A model generated the notes under the pieces. That model saw only the letters and a list, made by a program, of their open reading frames with translations, was not told where the DNA came from and made no database searches. A stretch of DNA of 47,184 bases from Salisapilia sapeloensis CBS 127946 (lineage: Eukaryota; Protista; Oomycota), in NCBI GenBank assembly GCA_023334545.1, contig JAADVB010000148.1, positions 1-47,184 on the forward strand, in the 5' to 3' direction. The position numbers and the translations under genes were made by a program. Positions 11,432 through 22,707 of this stretch are shown piece by piece; the first letter of the stretch is position 1; the number at the start of each line of letters is the position of its first letter.

Positions 11432-13654
11432 ATGATAGGCATCAGTGACCCACTTTCACCGACGAAACGGCTCGCATTTCGCACCGTTTTGGTCTTGTCG
11501 AGTATCCTTTTACTGGTACTCAACAGTAACTCGTCTGGTGAGGATTATACCGAAAGGAGGCTACAGAAGAACTTTGGACCTGGCACTGGGTATGCGTTAG
11601 ATAAAAACCGGTCAGATTTTGCGATGCAGTATTATCAACGCCACATGAGTGGAGCGAAAGCAGACTCGTTGGATATGAAACGCATTCCACATTCATTAGC
11701 AACCTGTATTCAAGATGAGTACGATATCAAATTCCAAGACCTCCCACCTTTTGCGCAGCGAGCAGTCTTATGGGATGCTGGTTTCGTCATGACTGGAAAC
11801 GATAATTATTCTCAGGTATATACGAAGTGTGGACTTGAAATGAATAGCTTGGCAGTGCAATTCAACAAGTATGCAGACACTGGAGCCAGCACAAAGCGCT
11901 GTGTCACACCTAATGGGTACGAATACTATCAGTCGGCGATGTGGACGGAAGCGCTCATCCGCAATGTCAGCAGTTGCGCTGCCTCGGGATTTGGCATCCC
12001 AGTATCGAATGAAACATTAGTGTGGAATAATGGTGACATTGATGAACGGGTACCTGATCCTGTGCTTGTTCATCACACGATGCAAGGCGGGGATGATGCA
12101 AAGCATGAAGCTATCTCGATCCACATGAAAGAAGATCCGAATACGTACCTTAAATGCAAAATTCCTTCCATTGTCATCCCATGTGTCTATTACAAGCCAG
12201 GGAACTATTCATCTACGCCGGATGGATGGTGTAAGCCTCGAAGAAGTAAGTTTGTGCGCGATTGGATTAAAGAAGAGGCCCGAGCAAAGAATGAGTCGAA
12301 AGACAAATCGGTCTACTACTGGAACTGGGTTATCATCTCCATCTCCAGTATCTGCTTCCTCGCTGTCGTCGGTGGTATCTGGTACTGCCGAACTTGGAGA
12401 CAAGACGATCTGATTCGGTCGGTTTGTTGTTGCTGTCTCGTTCATGTCAAGGACATCGAAGACAGCGATGTAGGACCAGTTACCTGTTCTACAGAGGAGG
12501 CACATACACACAAGCACTCGGTGTCTGGTGCTACACCAAACCAAACAGGACAATATCGTCACAAGCATCGAATGACTCGATCAAAAGACGTACTCTTCTC
12601 TAGCTTTCAACAGTTCCATTCACCTGCTAGAAGCCATAACATCGTGCAAGACTGTCATAAGCGTCGTAAACGAGTCCATCGACGTGGAGAAAGCTTTGCA
12701 ACCGATGCTAGTAGTCACCCAGACGACGTTATTAAGTGTTTAAAAGAGGATCCATTCGTGGAGCCATTCCTGGTATCGTCGAAAGATGTGGAGGTGTACC
12801 GACAGTTGTCCATTGGTGCCTATGGAGAAGTTTGGCATGGTCGACTTCGAGACCAAGAAGTCGCAATCAAACGCTTGGTCGAGCATCGCCGTAATCGGTC
12901 TGAGGATTTGGCCATCTTTGCAGCCGAGATACGATTGATGGCGACGTTTGATCATCCAAATATCTTGAAACTTGTGGGCGTTACCTGCCCAAAGCTAAAG
13001 AACTTGTACATGCTCTCGGAGCTGATGGAGAATTGCGATTTGAGGACATTTCTGGACCGACAGGAAACACCATTGACCTGGGAGGAGTACAAGCTTTCAA
13101 TTGCATTGGATGCTGCTCGTGGACTGCAGTATCTACATGAACATGAACCAGTTGTCGTCCATCGAGATTTAAAGTCCAAGAATGTACTCATTGGACTAGA
13201 CTTGCAAGCTAAGCTGTGTGATTTTGGCACAAGTCGGATGCGAATTGACGGAGAAGTTATGACAAGTTGCGTTGGAACAGCGCTTTGGACAGCTCCGGAA
13301 GTACTGGAAGGAAAGAAATACATGGAGCAAGCGGACATTTATTCATTTGGCGTCGTGCTATCGGAGCTTGATACGTGTGATAATCCGTTTTCGAGTGCCA
13401 CGAGAGACGATGGAGAAGGACTCCAAATGTTTCACGTACTCCATCAAGTGATGCATGGCGAGATCCGTCCAACCTTTAGCGATGAGTGCATGGCTGGTGT
13501 GAAAGAGCTAGCTGACAAATGTTTGCAATTGAATCCGATGGACAGACCGACCGCAGCTCAAGTCGTTCATTATCTTGAGATCGAGTTCGAATGCCGAAGT
13601 TTCAAGCCTGATGTGAAAACCGACGGAGAAATGGAGAAACAAGTGCATATCTAA
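11432..13654 (+). CDS. Receptor-like TKL-group protein kinase (signal peptide, ectodomain, single TM, kinase)
   Basis: Hydrophobic N-terminus (TVLVLSSILLLVL), Cys-containing ectodomain, TM WVIISISSICFLAVVGGIWYC, then kinase motifs SIGAYGEV, VAIK, HRDLKSKN, DFG, GTALWTAPE, DIYSFG. ATG 11432 is preferred over the track's non-ATG start. Confidence 0.93.
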   Translation: MIGISDPLSPTKRLAFRTVLVLSSILLLVLNSNSSGEDYTERRLQKNFGPGTGYALDKNRSDFAMQYYQRHMSGAKADSLDMKRIPHSLATCIQDEYDIKFQDLPPFAQRAVLWDAGFVMTGNDNYSQVYTKCGLEMNSLAVQFNKYADTGASTKRCVTPNGYEYYQSAMWTEALIRNVSSCAASGFGIPVSNETLVWNNGDIDERVPDPVLVHHTMQGGDDAKHEAISIHMKEDPNTYLKCKIPSIVIPCVYYKPGNYSSTPDGWCKPRRSKFVRDWIKEEARAKNESKDKSVYYWNWVIISISSICFLAVVGGIWYCRTWRQDDLIRSVCCCCLVHVKDIEDSDVGPVTCSTEEAHTHKHSVSGATPNQTGQYRHKHRMTRSKDVLFSSFQQFHSPARSHNIVQDCHKRRKRVHRRGESFATDASSHPDDVIKCLKEDPFVEPFLVSSKDVEVYRQLSIGAYGEVWHGRLRDQEVAIKRLVEHRRNRSEDLAIFAAEIRLMATFDHPNILKLVGVTCPKLKNLYMLSELMENCDLRTFLDRQETPLTWEEYKLSIALDAARGLQYLHEHEPVVVHRDLKSKNVLIGLDLQAKLCDFGTSRMRIDGEVMTSCVGTALWTAPEVLEGKKYMEQADIYSFGVVLSELDTCDNPFSSATRDDGEGLQMFHVLHQVMHGEIRPTFSDECMAGVKELADKCLQLNPMDRPTAAQVVHYLEIEFECRSFKPDVKTDGEMEKQVHI

Positions 13655-15539
13655 AACATGATTTCGATTTTGTATACGACTTTATAGCAAGCTCAAAGAT
13701 TTCCTATGACTATGACTGGTGGCGGACTTACTACTAGCTATACTTTACATGACGCAACAATGATCTTGTAGAAGCAAATTTGATATCCGTATATGAAACT
13801 TTGTTTCTTGATTAGAATAGCTCTCGGGTCACATGCTGCTGAAATGCATCATGGTAATGATCGATAAGTGTCCATATTCATGACTTTAAAAGTACAGATT
13901 TCTTAGGTCTGTACGCTGAGGAATCATTATAATCATGAGAGATGCTACCATCACTGTCTTTATCTTACATGTGAGCAGATACATCTATATCATGGCTACA
14001 GAGGTATCTCCAGTGTTAAGTCAATGTTAAATGTGTATGAGATAGATGTGATCTTGCTTTTGTGGATTATTAAACACACAAGACAGGACAGCTCTGTTAG
14101 AATATGGCGCAAGAGCATTGCCCAACGGCATTGATCGAGTACAGACACGTTTCATTGTAGCACAGAGGAAATATTTCCTTATACGAGCGATCACAATGCT
14201 TCTGTATATCATGGAAAGTAATTTACACAGGATAGTAGCGAAGATAACATGTGCAATGAACATTGGGATGCAAGCATGCCAAGTAGCTGACACCATTCTG
14301 TGTGTATGTTGATGTCGAGTTCGTTAAGAAGATAATCGGGTATCATATCAAGCCTTTAAGGATTATATGAGCAAGCGTGCAAACACTGTAATAGGATTCA
14401 ATGCCCAAGTTTTTCGCGGTTCATCTTACTCATATGTCGCTATTTACCTTTCCTTTTCTATCCACGTATAGCACCCGTTCCTCTGCCATGCTTTGGCAAG
14501 ATTAGTGTCGAGCGTATCGTGGTGTATCGTCCAAAGTCATCCAGGCTAAAGTTGCACTCGATTTACTTGCAACATTTAGCTATTCGCCATTTCAGTGGGA
14601 CATATTACAATGCGAGTTGAAAAATCTCCCAGCTATTACGTTCACCACTGTACTAACCCTGTTCCGAAATAATAGCGAAGAGCTCACCAAGTGAAGCGAC
14701 TGTTTCGCGCGCTTTTTCAAATTTGCACATTTCGAGCACCAGGCGTGACTTGAAATCTTCCCGAAGATCATTTCCTCATGATTGCATCAAGAAGAAATAC
14801 CACTTGATCTTCTACTCATAGTTTGGTAAGGAACTTATACTGAAGTGCTGTTTATGACTGAAAGACATTGATACGCAGTTCATTGCCTTTAAGATCCTCA
14901 CCACGGGATGCGGTACTCCCTGGTTTCGATTCGCAAGGTAACTGATGCCTGTGTAAGGCTAATCATATAAAGGGAACGGCTCGACGCTACAATCATCTTT
15001 GTTGTGCATTAGAGGGTTTAATAGCTGGCGAGGTTTCCATGTGCTATTCCGAGTAACATTACCACCAAACCGTTCCGGTACAAAACGATACAAGGAGCAA
15101 TGCCGAGTCAAAATGCCCTTTTTCGTCTGTGGTAAAGACTCTGATCGCAATAGCGGAGACGCTGCCTAACCAGACACGAGCTGGTTGGAAATCTTGTACT
15201 TGCACATATATCTAGGGAACGCGCTATCTCTAACTAGTTCTTACGTACCAAAAATACAAATGTAATATCTTTTGCTCCCATCCTTCAGCTCTGTGTGTGA
15301 TACAAATCAATGAGGCTGTTCAATACTTTAGTATCGGCGGCATGACGAGTACTAGAGGGGCAGTCTTGTCGTTTGAAATGAAAACCATCGTTTGGAGAAT
15401 GCTCGCTTGACGCATCATTCGCTTACCATTTCTCCATTTACATTTGCTATGATGACCTATTCTTGGAGATAGTTCGACCATAAGCTGTCACTAGTCTTCA
15501 GCTCCAAAACGGACGCGTACATTCGAAGACCCAAGTCAC

Positions 15540-15800
15540 ATGGCTGAAGCTCCGTATATAGTAGACTATGCATCCATTGGACTATCTGAGGAAAGATATG
15601 ACGCCTTTAAAGTAGCCTTCCGCAAGTTGGATCGTACCAACTCTGGTGCCATCACCGTCGGTCAATTCAAAACGTTGTGCTATCAGCTAGGTGAGGATTT
15701 TGAGGAGGAAGAATTTAGTATCGCGCTTTCGAGTTTACAAGATAGTCAAACTGGTTTGATTTCGTTTCGCACGTTCCTGCCCTGGTGGGTGAGTGAATAG
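15540..15800 (+). CDS. Small two-EF-hand (calmodulin-lobe-like) protein, 86 aa
   Basis: FKVAFRKLDRTNSGAITVGQF is a near-canonical EF loop; a second, degenerate loop is LQDSQTGLISFRTF. Confidence 0.8.
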   Translation: MAEAPYIVDYASIGLSEERYDAFKVAFRKLDRTNSGAITVGQFKTLCYQLGEDFEEEEFSIALSSLQDSQTGLISFRTFLPWWVSE

Positions 15801-15891
15801 ACAGAGAGTTGTACGCGTAGAAGAATGAAATTCACATCAACAATGATATTATGAATTCATGTTAATGTTGTTATCATCTACCTCTGCTACC

Positions 15892-16629
15892 CTATCCTTC
15901 TGCACTCGCCGCATGAACGGAAAGCGACATTGACACACCTGAACGCACGCGCAGCGCTCTGGTGATGAGCTCTCGTCTTTTAGATCTAGAATGCAGAATT
16001 TCATTTCTCTCGTGGAGTCGACGAATTCGCTCTGGTACAGCGGCTTTCATGTCGACGTTTCCAGATAGATCGACCACTGTTAATTCTTGCAGATCAGAGA
16101 ACGATGATGGGATACGTTCGAGCTGATTGTGAGCAAGCTGAAGCACTCGTAGGCGATGTAACTTGGTCCCGATTTCATCGGGAAGTGCGTAGATATTGTT
16201 GGAGCGAACGTGAAGTTCTTCCAAGTTGATTAATTGAGCGAGAGCTGAAGGTAGCTCCACGATCTGATTGTTATTAATAAAAAGTTTGTGTAGACGGATT
16301 AGCGAGCAGATTTGCACTGGGAAGTCGTCAAACAAGTTGCTCGACAGATCCAGGGTATGCAGGAGTGGAAACTGCTCCGCAAAGTTATCTGGTAGAGCAG
16401 AAAGTTGGTTGCATCTAACACTGAGAGATCTTAGGGAGGGGAATAACGAGCCCACTGGGGTAGGAAATTGACTTAGCTGGAGCTTTGACAACATCAATGA
16501 CGTTCCCTGCGTCTCTTGCCGACATCGTCGATAACTTTCATCAAGCTGGGTATCTAGCTCATTGGAATTTTCATCCGAACTCTCTGCTTTCTGGTCAGCG
16601 CCCAAGCTTTCATGTAGCGTGTCTTTCAT
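15892..16629 (-). CDS. Intracellular leucine-rich repeat protein (typical/SHOC2-like LRRs)
   Basis: Tandem LxxLxLxxNxL repeats (LRSLSVRCNQL, LHTLDLSSNLF, LHKLFINNNQI, LEELHVRSNNI, LRVLQLAHNQL, LTVVDLSGN); no signal peptide. First ATG at 16629. Confidence 0.9.
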   Translation of the reverse strand: MKDTLHESLGADQKAESSDENSNELDTQLDESYRRCRQETQGTSLMLSKLQLSQFPTPVGSLFPSLRSLSVRCNQLSALPDNFAEQFPLLHTLDLSSNLFDDFPVQICSLIRLHKLFINNNQIVELPSALAQLINLEELHVRSNNIYALPDEIGTKLHRLRVLQLAHNQLERIPSSFSDLQELTVVDLSGNVDMKAAVPERIRRLHERNEILHSRSKRRELITRALRVRSGVSMSLSVHAASAEG

Positions 16630-17622
16630 ATTTGAGTTAAAGTCTCTACATGATCCCAAGATCACGAAGGAGCAGTTTCATGTTTAATTTTCTGCATCGC
16701 TTGGTTACAAGTTGCTACACGTAAAAGGCAATAGTCCTACGATCTATATCCATTGTCACCTCCGTGTGCCATATTCTCCAGTGGAGCTGAGAGCAGGGGC
16801 TTCGAGCACAGATAGTCACTAGAGGAGCTACCTATATCTGCTCGATTTTGTGAAAAGTCTAGCTCACTCTGGCACATCCGACCTGTGCTATCCTTATTTC
16901 CATGTAAAGCTCATGTCGGCAATCATCAAGAGGTTGATTCGTACAGTGCAACTCACGCCTACAAGCTTCTCGATTGACAATCTACTGAACAAAAAGTGTG
17001 AAAATCATAAAAGACTGCATCTTTCTGGCTTCTTTCGGCAGTTGCCAGACACCTCGAGCTACGTAAGATTGCGCATTGTTCCTGCGCGTTTAATATCAGT
17101 TTGACTCGCTCGCACCATCCTTTGGATCACACCCGGTTTAGGTACCGCATCATACACTGAACAATCTTGCAGTTTAGTCTCCTCTAGCTCATTCAACATG
17201 ATCTCTCTACCATCAAGATATCTAGCGCACATAGCAAAAGCTGATGCTTCTACGAATCAAAGGTCGCTTTATGCGTACGACAACTTGAATAACCAGCACG
17301 CGCTTGCTCCATCGCGATGATGCGACAACACAACTAGTCACCTCGTACCGCGTAGCCGTTGATAAGAAGCCTTTCCTGTCTTAGACCAAAACCCCATCTT
17401 GATGCTCTTACAAACTTGCACTGACGATCAGTTCCGATCTACCACGATCCTTCCTTCCTACGTTCGCTTCTATATTTAGAATAATCAGAATCGCGAGTAT
17501 TCCCACCTTATGCACCTGCTCGCAATCTGTTATGAGCCAGCTGAGAAGCTCGTACGAAACAAGATACGTCGACTATTCGCCATTGCCATAATTCCCTCCC
17601 GACACTCACATTGCAATCCACC

Positions 17623-19134
17623 ATGGACTTGAGAGACTCTACCCCGGAAGAAATCGTGAACAACGTTGCGGCCTTGCGCACTGCCTTCGATGAAGAGATC
17701 ACGGCCGACCTCGACTTTCGTCGTCAGCAAATCATCCAGCTCCGGACGCTTATCCAAAAGGGACGCCCAAGACTAGAGGAAGCCCTGTGGAAGGATTTGC
17801 ACAAGCATCCACAAGAGGCGACCATCACCGAGTTCAGTATGCTGTACCACGAGATCCAAATGCACCTGGATAATCTAACGACGTGGACAAAGCCCGAGAA
17901 GGTCGGGACGGACATCGGCAACTTGCCCGGTACCTCGTACGTCCGTAAAGACCCGCTCGGTGTCGTCTGTATCATCGGTGTGTGGAACTATCCGGTCATG
18001 CTCACGCTTCAGCCTGTGGTCGGTGCCCTTAGCGCTGGTAACTGCGTGTTGTTACGTCTACCTCCTAACGACACGTGTGGCAACGTCACAAAGGTGATGG
18101 AAGAGCTCATTGCTGAGTACATGGACCCTCGAGTCATCCGCACCATTACGGGTGGTATCGAAGTGTCCAAGTGCATGCTCCAGCAAAAGTACGACCTGAT
18201 CTTTGCGACGGGAAGTGAGGTTCTCGGCAAAGTCGTCGCGGAAGCTGCGGCGAAGACATTGACGCCGATCGTGCTAGAGCTCGGTGGCAAGAGTCCATCG
18301 ATCGTTGACAAGAATTGCAACTTGCCTGTCGTCGTGAAGCGTTTAGTGTGGGGAACCTTTTGCAATAGCGGCCAGACGTGCGTTCGACCGGACTATGTCC
18401 TCGTGGACGCTCGTATCGGTGACGAATTCGTCAAGGAAGTGGAGAAGACGTGCAAGGCTTTCTATGGCGACGACGCCCAGGCAAGTGATTCATACGGTCG
18501 AGTGATCAATGAAAAGTCGTATAATCGACTGTCCGAGATGCTGAACAAGGACCGGAGCTACGTGACGTATGGAGGCGAGACGGATCCCAAAGAGAACTAC
18601 ATTGCACCTACGCTTTTGAACTTTAAGAGAGACCTGGAAGCGTTCGAAAAGTGTGCGAGCATGCAAGGAGAGATCTTTGGTCCGCTGCTTCCCATCTACT
18701 ACTACGAAAGTGTAGACGAAGTCTTCCGTATCATCAAGAAGCATGAGAAACCACTCGCATTGTACGTGAACTCGGAAGACAGCAAGTTCCAGGAGCACAT
18801 CATCTCCCGAACGACCTCTGGCGGTGTGTCTGTCAACGACTCGCTCGTCCACTTGACCAACTCGCACCTTCCGTTCGGAGGTGTCGGTGGCTCTGGACAG
18901 GGCGCGTACCATGGCAAGTACAGTTTCGATACGTTCTCCCACACCAAGGCTTGTCTGGTGAAGAAGACGATCTTGGATGTTGAGCAACGATATGGCCCGT
19001 ACTCGGAGAAGAACAAGAAGCTCATGAACACTCTCTTGACGCCAATTCCGAGCATCTACTTCACCTCTATCAAGTACATCTTCGTGTCTTCTCTCGCCGT
19101 CGCGGCCTATGCTGTCCTGCAGGCGTACATGTAG
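17623..19134 (+). CDS. Aldehyde dehydrogenase, ALDH3/fatty-aldehyde dehydrogenase family, with C-terminal membrane anchor
   Basis: IGVWNYP, LELGGKSP (catalytic Glu), FCNSGQTCVRPDY (catalytic Cys), EIFGP, LPFGGVGGSGQGAYHG and a hydrophobic C-terminal tail. ATG in ccaccATGg context. Confidence 0.97.
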   Translation: MDLRDSTPEEIVNNVAALRTAFDEEITADLDFRRQQIIQLRTLIQKGRPRLEEALWKDLHKHPQEATITEFSMLYHEIQMHLDNLTTWTKPEKVGTDIGNLPGTSYVRKDPLGVVCIIGVWNYPVMLTLQPVVGALSAGNCVLLRLPPNDTCGNVTKVMEELIAEYMDPRVIRTITGGIEVSKCMLQQKYDLIFATGSEVLGKVVAEAAAKTLTPIVLELGGKSPSIVDKNCNLPVVVKRLVWGTFCNSGQTCVRPDYVLVDARIGDEFVKEVEKTCKAFYGDDAQASDSYGRVINEKSYNRLSEMLNKDRSYVTYGGETDPKENYIAPTLLNFKRDLEAFEKCASMQGEIFGPLLPIYYYESVDEVFRIIKKHEKPLALYVNSEDSKFQEHIISRTTSGGVSVNDSLVHLTNSHLPFGGVGGSGQGAYHGKYSFDTFSHTKACLVKKTILDVEQRYGPYSEKNKKLMNTLLTPIPSIYFTSIKYIFVSSLAVAAYAVLQAYM

Positions 19135-19223
19135 GATAAATGTGGTCAAGAATTTCAAATTTGCACGTAAATATCTTGTTATCATTCCTTCCTACTTGTT
19201 TAAACGAGCTTCTAGCATGTGAA

Positions 19224-20234
19224 TCAATTCAGGAGATCCGAGAGATGCATTCGACGGGTTGTTGGAGAAGACTCGGCTTCAGATATACCATGAAGTCGTT
19301 GCCATAGCAATCCAGATCGCCAGTCGAACTGCTTCATATCGCTCGCCATGCCGACGACGGCTTTCGGAGGTGACACGCTTGCTGTCCAACTAGCATTGTT
19401 CTCATTCGTCGGTGCGTCTAGCATCAATCGACTCCGGAGTGGAGGTAGTGGTACTATTTCCTGCTTGACACTCTCCTGTCGTGGCGTCAAGGCACTAAAC
19501 GGCGGTAACTTGGACTGACTGTCGACAAACGCATGACCGACGCGCGGACTCAAGTAGCTTTGGACAGCAAACTCGACGTCGTGCGTACCTTGCGTCTCTG
19601 TTGTATCCACACTCGGTGCAGTGATCTTGGCATCGGCTCGGCCGCCATGGGCAAAGCAGAAGCCACCGCGACGAGCAGTTGTATTGCATCCTAGAATCGA
19701 ACACTTCTTCCCGCCGCCATGCGAGATGCAAAGACCTCGGCTCACAGCACTGTTAGAGCAGTTCTCAGCGACACATTGTCTTCCGCCTCCGTGGGCTTTG
19801 CACAGTCCAAGGCGCTGGGCACTGTTCTCGCAGCCGTCTACACTGCATCTCTTTCCGCCACCGTGGAGAATGCACAGCCCACCGGTCTTGGCACTGGATT
19901 TGCAGCCGTCAAAGCTGCATCGTCGGCCACCACCATGGGCTCGACATAGCTTTCCACTGACGGCGCTGCTGGAACAGTCGGGTACACGGCAGCGGTGGCC
20001 GCCACCGTGCGAGATGCAGAGACCTCCTTTCTTCGCACTACTGTTGCAATTGGGACGTTGGCATCGACCTCCGCCACCGTGGACGTAGCACAGACCTCGG
20101 CTCTGGGCACTGCTCGTGCACTGTGGTGCTTGACAGCGGCGTCCGCCACCGTGGGAACGGCAGAATCCATTGGAAGCGATGAGTTTAGAACAGTTGGATG
20201 CTCGGCACTTTCGACTCTGTGTGTTGGTTACCAT
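19224..20234 (-). CDS. Protein with 8 tandem C-x4-C-x9-C-x2-H-GGG repeats (WRKY19-like N-terminal zinc-binding repeats)
   Basis: Eight ~24-aa units such as RRCQAPQCTSSAQSRGLCYVHGGG. No WRKYGQK motif is present. Pro/Ser-rich C-terminus ending MHLSDLLN. First ATG at 20234. Confidence 0.9.
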   Translation of the reverse strand: MVTNTQSRKCRASNCSKLIASNGFCRSHGGGRRCQAPQCTSSAQSRGLCYVHGGGGRCQRPNCNSSAKKGGLCISHGGGHRCRVPDCSSSAVSGKLCRAHGGGRRCSFDGCKSSAKTGGLCILHGGGKRCSVDGCENSAQRLGLCKAHGGGRQCVAENCSNSAVSRGLCISHGGGKKCSILGCNTTARRGGFCFAHGGRADAKITAPSVDTTETQGTHDVEFAVQSYLSPRVGHAFVDSQSKLPPFSALTPRQESVKQEIVPLPPLRSRLMLDAPTNENNASWTASVSPPKAVVGMASDMKQFDWRSGLLWQRLHGISEAESSPTTRRMHLSDLLN

Positions 20235-22293
20235 ACTGCTAGACGCGCCTTTGCGTGGTTGATGCTCAAATGGCTTCTGGAAGTGCAATGATGCTGGGAT
20301 GGTCTCGACTACTGCCTCAATCCAGGTCTTTTGGGATGAAGAAGGTGCGAGTGTACACTTCGTACTGCTTCGATTGGGGTCACGAACCCTTGGATTAGAT
20401 TGTGAATTATTGACGGACCGGAAGGTCAATATGCGAGGCAGGTCATAATCACGGGACGACGCACCATGTTTTGGACAGTAGCAAGAGGTGGTGAGACTGA
20501 ACGATCACATCACATCGCATGGCCATGGCCAACTTCCCACGTACTGTCCCCAGTTTTTTCGCATCGTGTCGGTTGAAGATGGAATCAGGCATGGATATCT
20601 GGGAGAAATCCGTCCCTACTTCCTTGTCACGAGTTAAACTTGTTTCGACGAGCAAGGAAGGTGATTGTCGCTATTGTGCAATGCACATAATCGATGTTTT
20701 ACGAGTGCCATGCATGACGTATACTATCTCGTGACTGACAAGCAGATATTTTCTTGAGCGACCGAAGAGTACCATGGGAGGTACTGCGTCAACCATCTGT
20801 GGTCTCCAGTATGATTCCGAGCATTTGATCAGCACGTGCGCACGCTGGAACGATCAAGATTGTCGGTTAGTGGCTTGGATACACTCAGATCAGTTTGACT
20901 CTCAGCTAGTATCTCAGCCAGCTGGATATGCTAGCCTGGCAGTCGTATGGACATTTCTTGTAGATATCTCACGGCTAGTGAGTATCCTCCATTGTAGGTT
21001 GTGAGTCCAGATTGTTCGCATTGCGCTCTACCAGATTTGATGAATTGTAATCATTACATTTATTTCTTTGGCAGATGTAAACGGCTTTACAATATCCAGG
21101 TTGTGGTCACGACTGTAGAGGTGGCGAACGTGAAGCTGCTAGGAGGCTGATCGCTAAGATAATTGGGTGTAGTAGATACTATGAAGGTGCATGCAAGCAA
21201 TGGTATGTGTGCAATGCACTCGAAGGGAGAAGTGGACATTTCAAATAATGATCGCGTATCAACCTCATACCAACTCTTGTACTATTTGTAAATCCAACTT
21301 GCATTGTATTGACCGTAGGAAAGCTATAGACGCATCGGAAGACTACAAGTAGATGGAAGGTGGAGTGAGGGTATCTGACCTTACAAATCCCCGAGCAATG
21401 GTACGCAGGTGTGCTTAGCGCGTCCGCTCTCAATGATAAAGATAGCTTTTCTAGTTTGACTTGCAATTGTGGAAGGTGTTTCAAGTCGAAGCAGTCGTGG
21501 CATGAGCCCTGGGCAGTTCACCGCCACCAAGTCAACCCTACCTTTTTCTTGTTTGACCAATTCCCATGTGTGCTATTTTAAAACTCCGGATTAGGACACT
21601 CGTCATACCTGTGCGTGCTCGCTTGCTGTCTTACGAATTCTACTGAAAGTCTAGGAATAGACAAAGAGACAGTCAGCTTGCGCGCAACAGTATGATATCA
21701 CGTGAAACCAACACAGCCCAGATCATAAAAAGATGGATCGCCATTGTCACCACATGAAAACTGAATTTTATGCAAACATTTATATGCAATTGAACTATCC
21801 TGCATTGGAAGCACACGTTGCTCGAGGCAAGTTGACGGTCCGTTCCGTGTTCCGCAGCGTCGGACATGTCCATGGAATGGAAGAAAAGAACAAACTGACG
21901 TTTGCAAGACCGTGTATGCCTTTTCGCTTTATGTAGCCCTGTACCCAGCCCGTCGGTCGCTGGGACAAGTCACAGCGCAAAGTTTCTATTCTTTCCGTCT
22001 AGTATTCACTCGCTTGTTATTTTTAGCGGCATGGAATTTGATGTACGGCGGAAACCCACCATGCGATTCTCTGGCAGGAGCTTTTGCGTGTGTCCGTAAC
22101 ATTACGCATGGTCATCTAGTCCTGTATTGAGTGCCATTCCGTGTCCGCTAGTGTGCCATGCTGTACAGGCAAAACAGCACGGATGTTTGGCGCTGTCAGC
22201 ACGCCTTGTCAACAGGCGATTTGCCACTTGGAAATGTATCATCCCGGACAGGATGTCTTGTCCAACAATCGTACACCATCTGTGTCCTCCGAC

Positions 22294-22327
22294 TTCTTCA
22301 GTGTTCTTTCAAAAGAACACTGAAGAA
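22294..22327. repeat. Perfect 16-bp inverted repeat (hairpin) followed by a T-rich run
   Basis: ttcttcagtgttcttt-ca-aaagaacactgaagaa; T7 at 22340-22346. Confidence 0.9.
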
Positions 22328-22636
22328 CTTCCTTTCCCGTTTTTTTACTTCTTTTTGAATGGACCGTAACACAAAGAGGACGGTTGCGTGTCGCTGTACG
22401 ATGGCACACATCCTTTGTACATACCAGAGGACTGTTGAATGTGGTCTGCAACTGCCAACACGAGCCTCTGCCTACATTCGCACTCCTTGTGTGCTTGCCC
22501 AGACCCCTCACAATTGATTTAAATTCATCTAAACTTTTCTATTCGTTAAAAGAAGCATGCGAGACGCCATGATACGCATTCGTCTAACTTTTTCTAGCTT
22601 CGGGTGCAAATTTCGACGGAAGTTTTTCTATTTTTG

Positions 22637-22671
22637 CCAATCCCCATCTCCATAATATCTTTTTAGCCAAT
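22637..22671 (+). promoter_or_regulatory. Two candidate CCAAT boxes 30 bp apart upstream of the HTH gene
   Basis: tttttgCCAAT (22637-22641) and tttttagCCAATga (22667-22671), 37-70 bp upstream of ATG 22708. Confidence 0.35.
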
Positions 22672-22707
22672 GAAAAAGTCAAAGGCAGGCGTCGCCCTCT
22701 CTCTCTC

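Noticed and set aside
12800-12840. Kinase glycine loop SIGAYG lacking the first Gly
   Set aside because: All catalytic motifs (VAIK, HRD, DFG, APE) are intact and this substitution is common in TKL kinases, so it is not a pseudokinase.
14027-14296. Hydrophobic minus-strand ORF, a possible membrane-protein remnant
   Set aside because: Short, no motif and no supportable exon structure.
20742-21047. Minus-strand frame of 102 codons with two stops, a possible decayed gene
   Set aside because: Not clearly below chance expectation (about 5 stops) and no recognisable motif.
21153-21174. gctaagat...gtgtagta resembling the U2 snRNA 5' region
   Set aside because: Spacing is wrong, the flanking U2 stem sequence and Sm site are not recognisable; likely coincidence.
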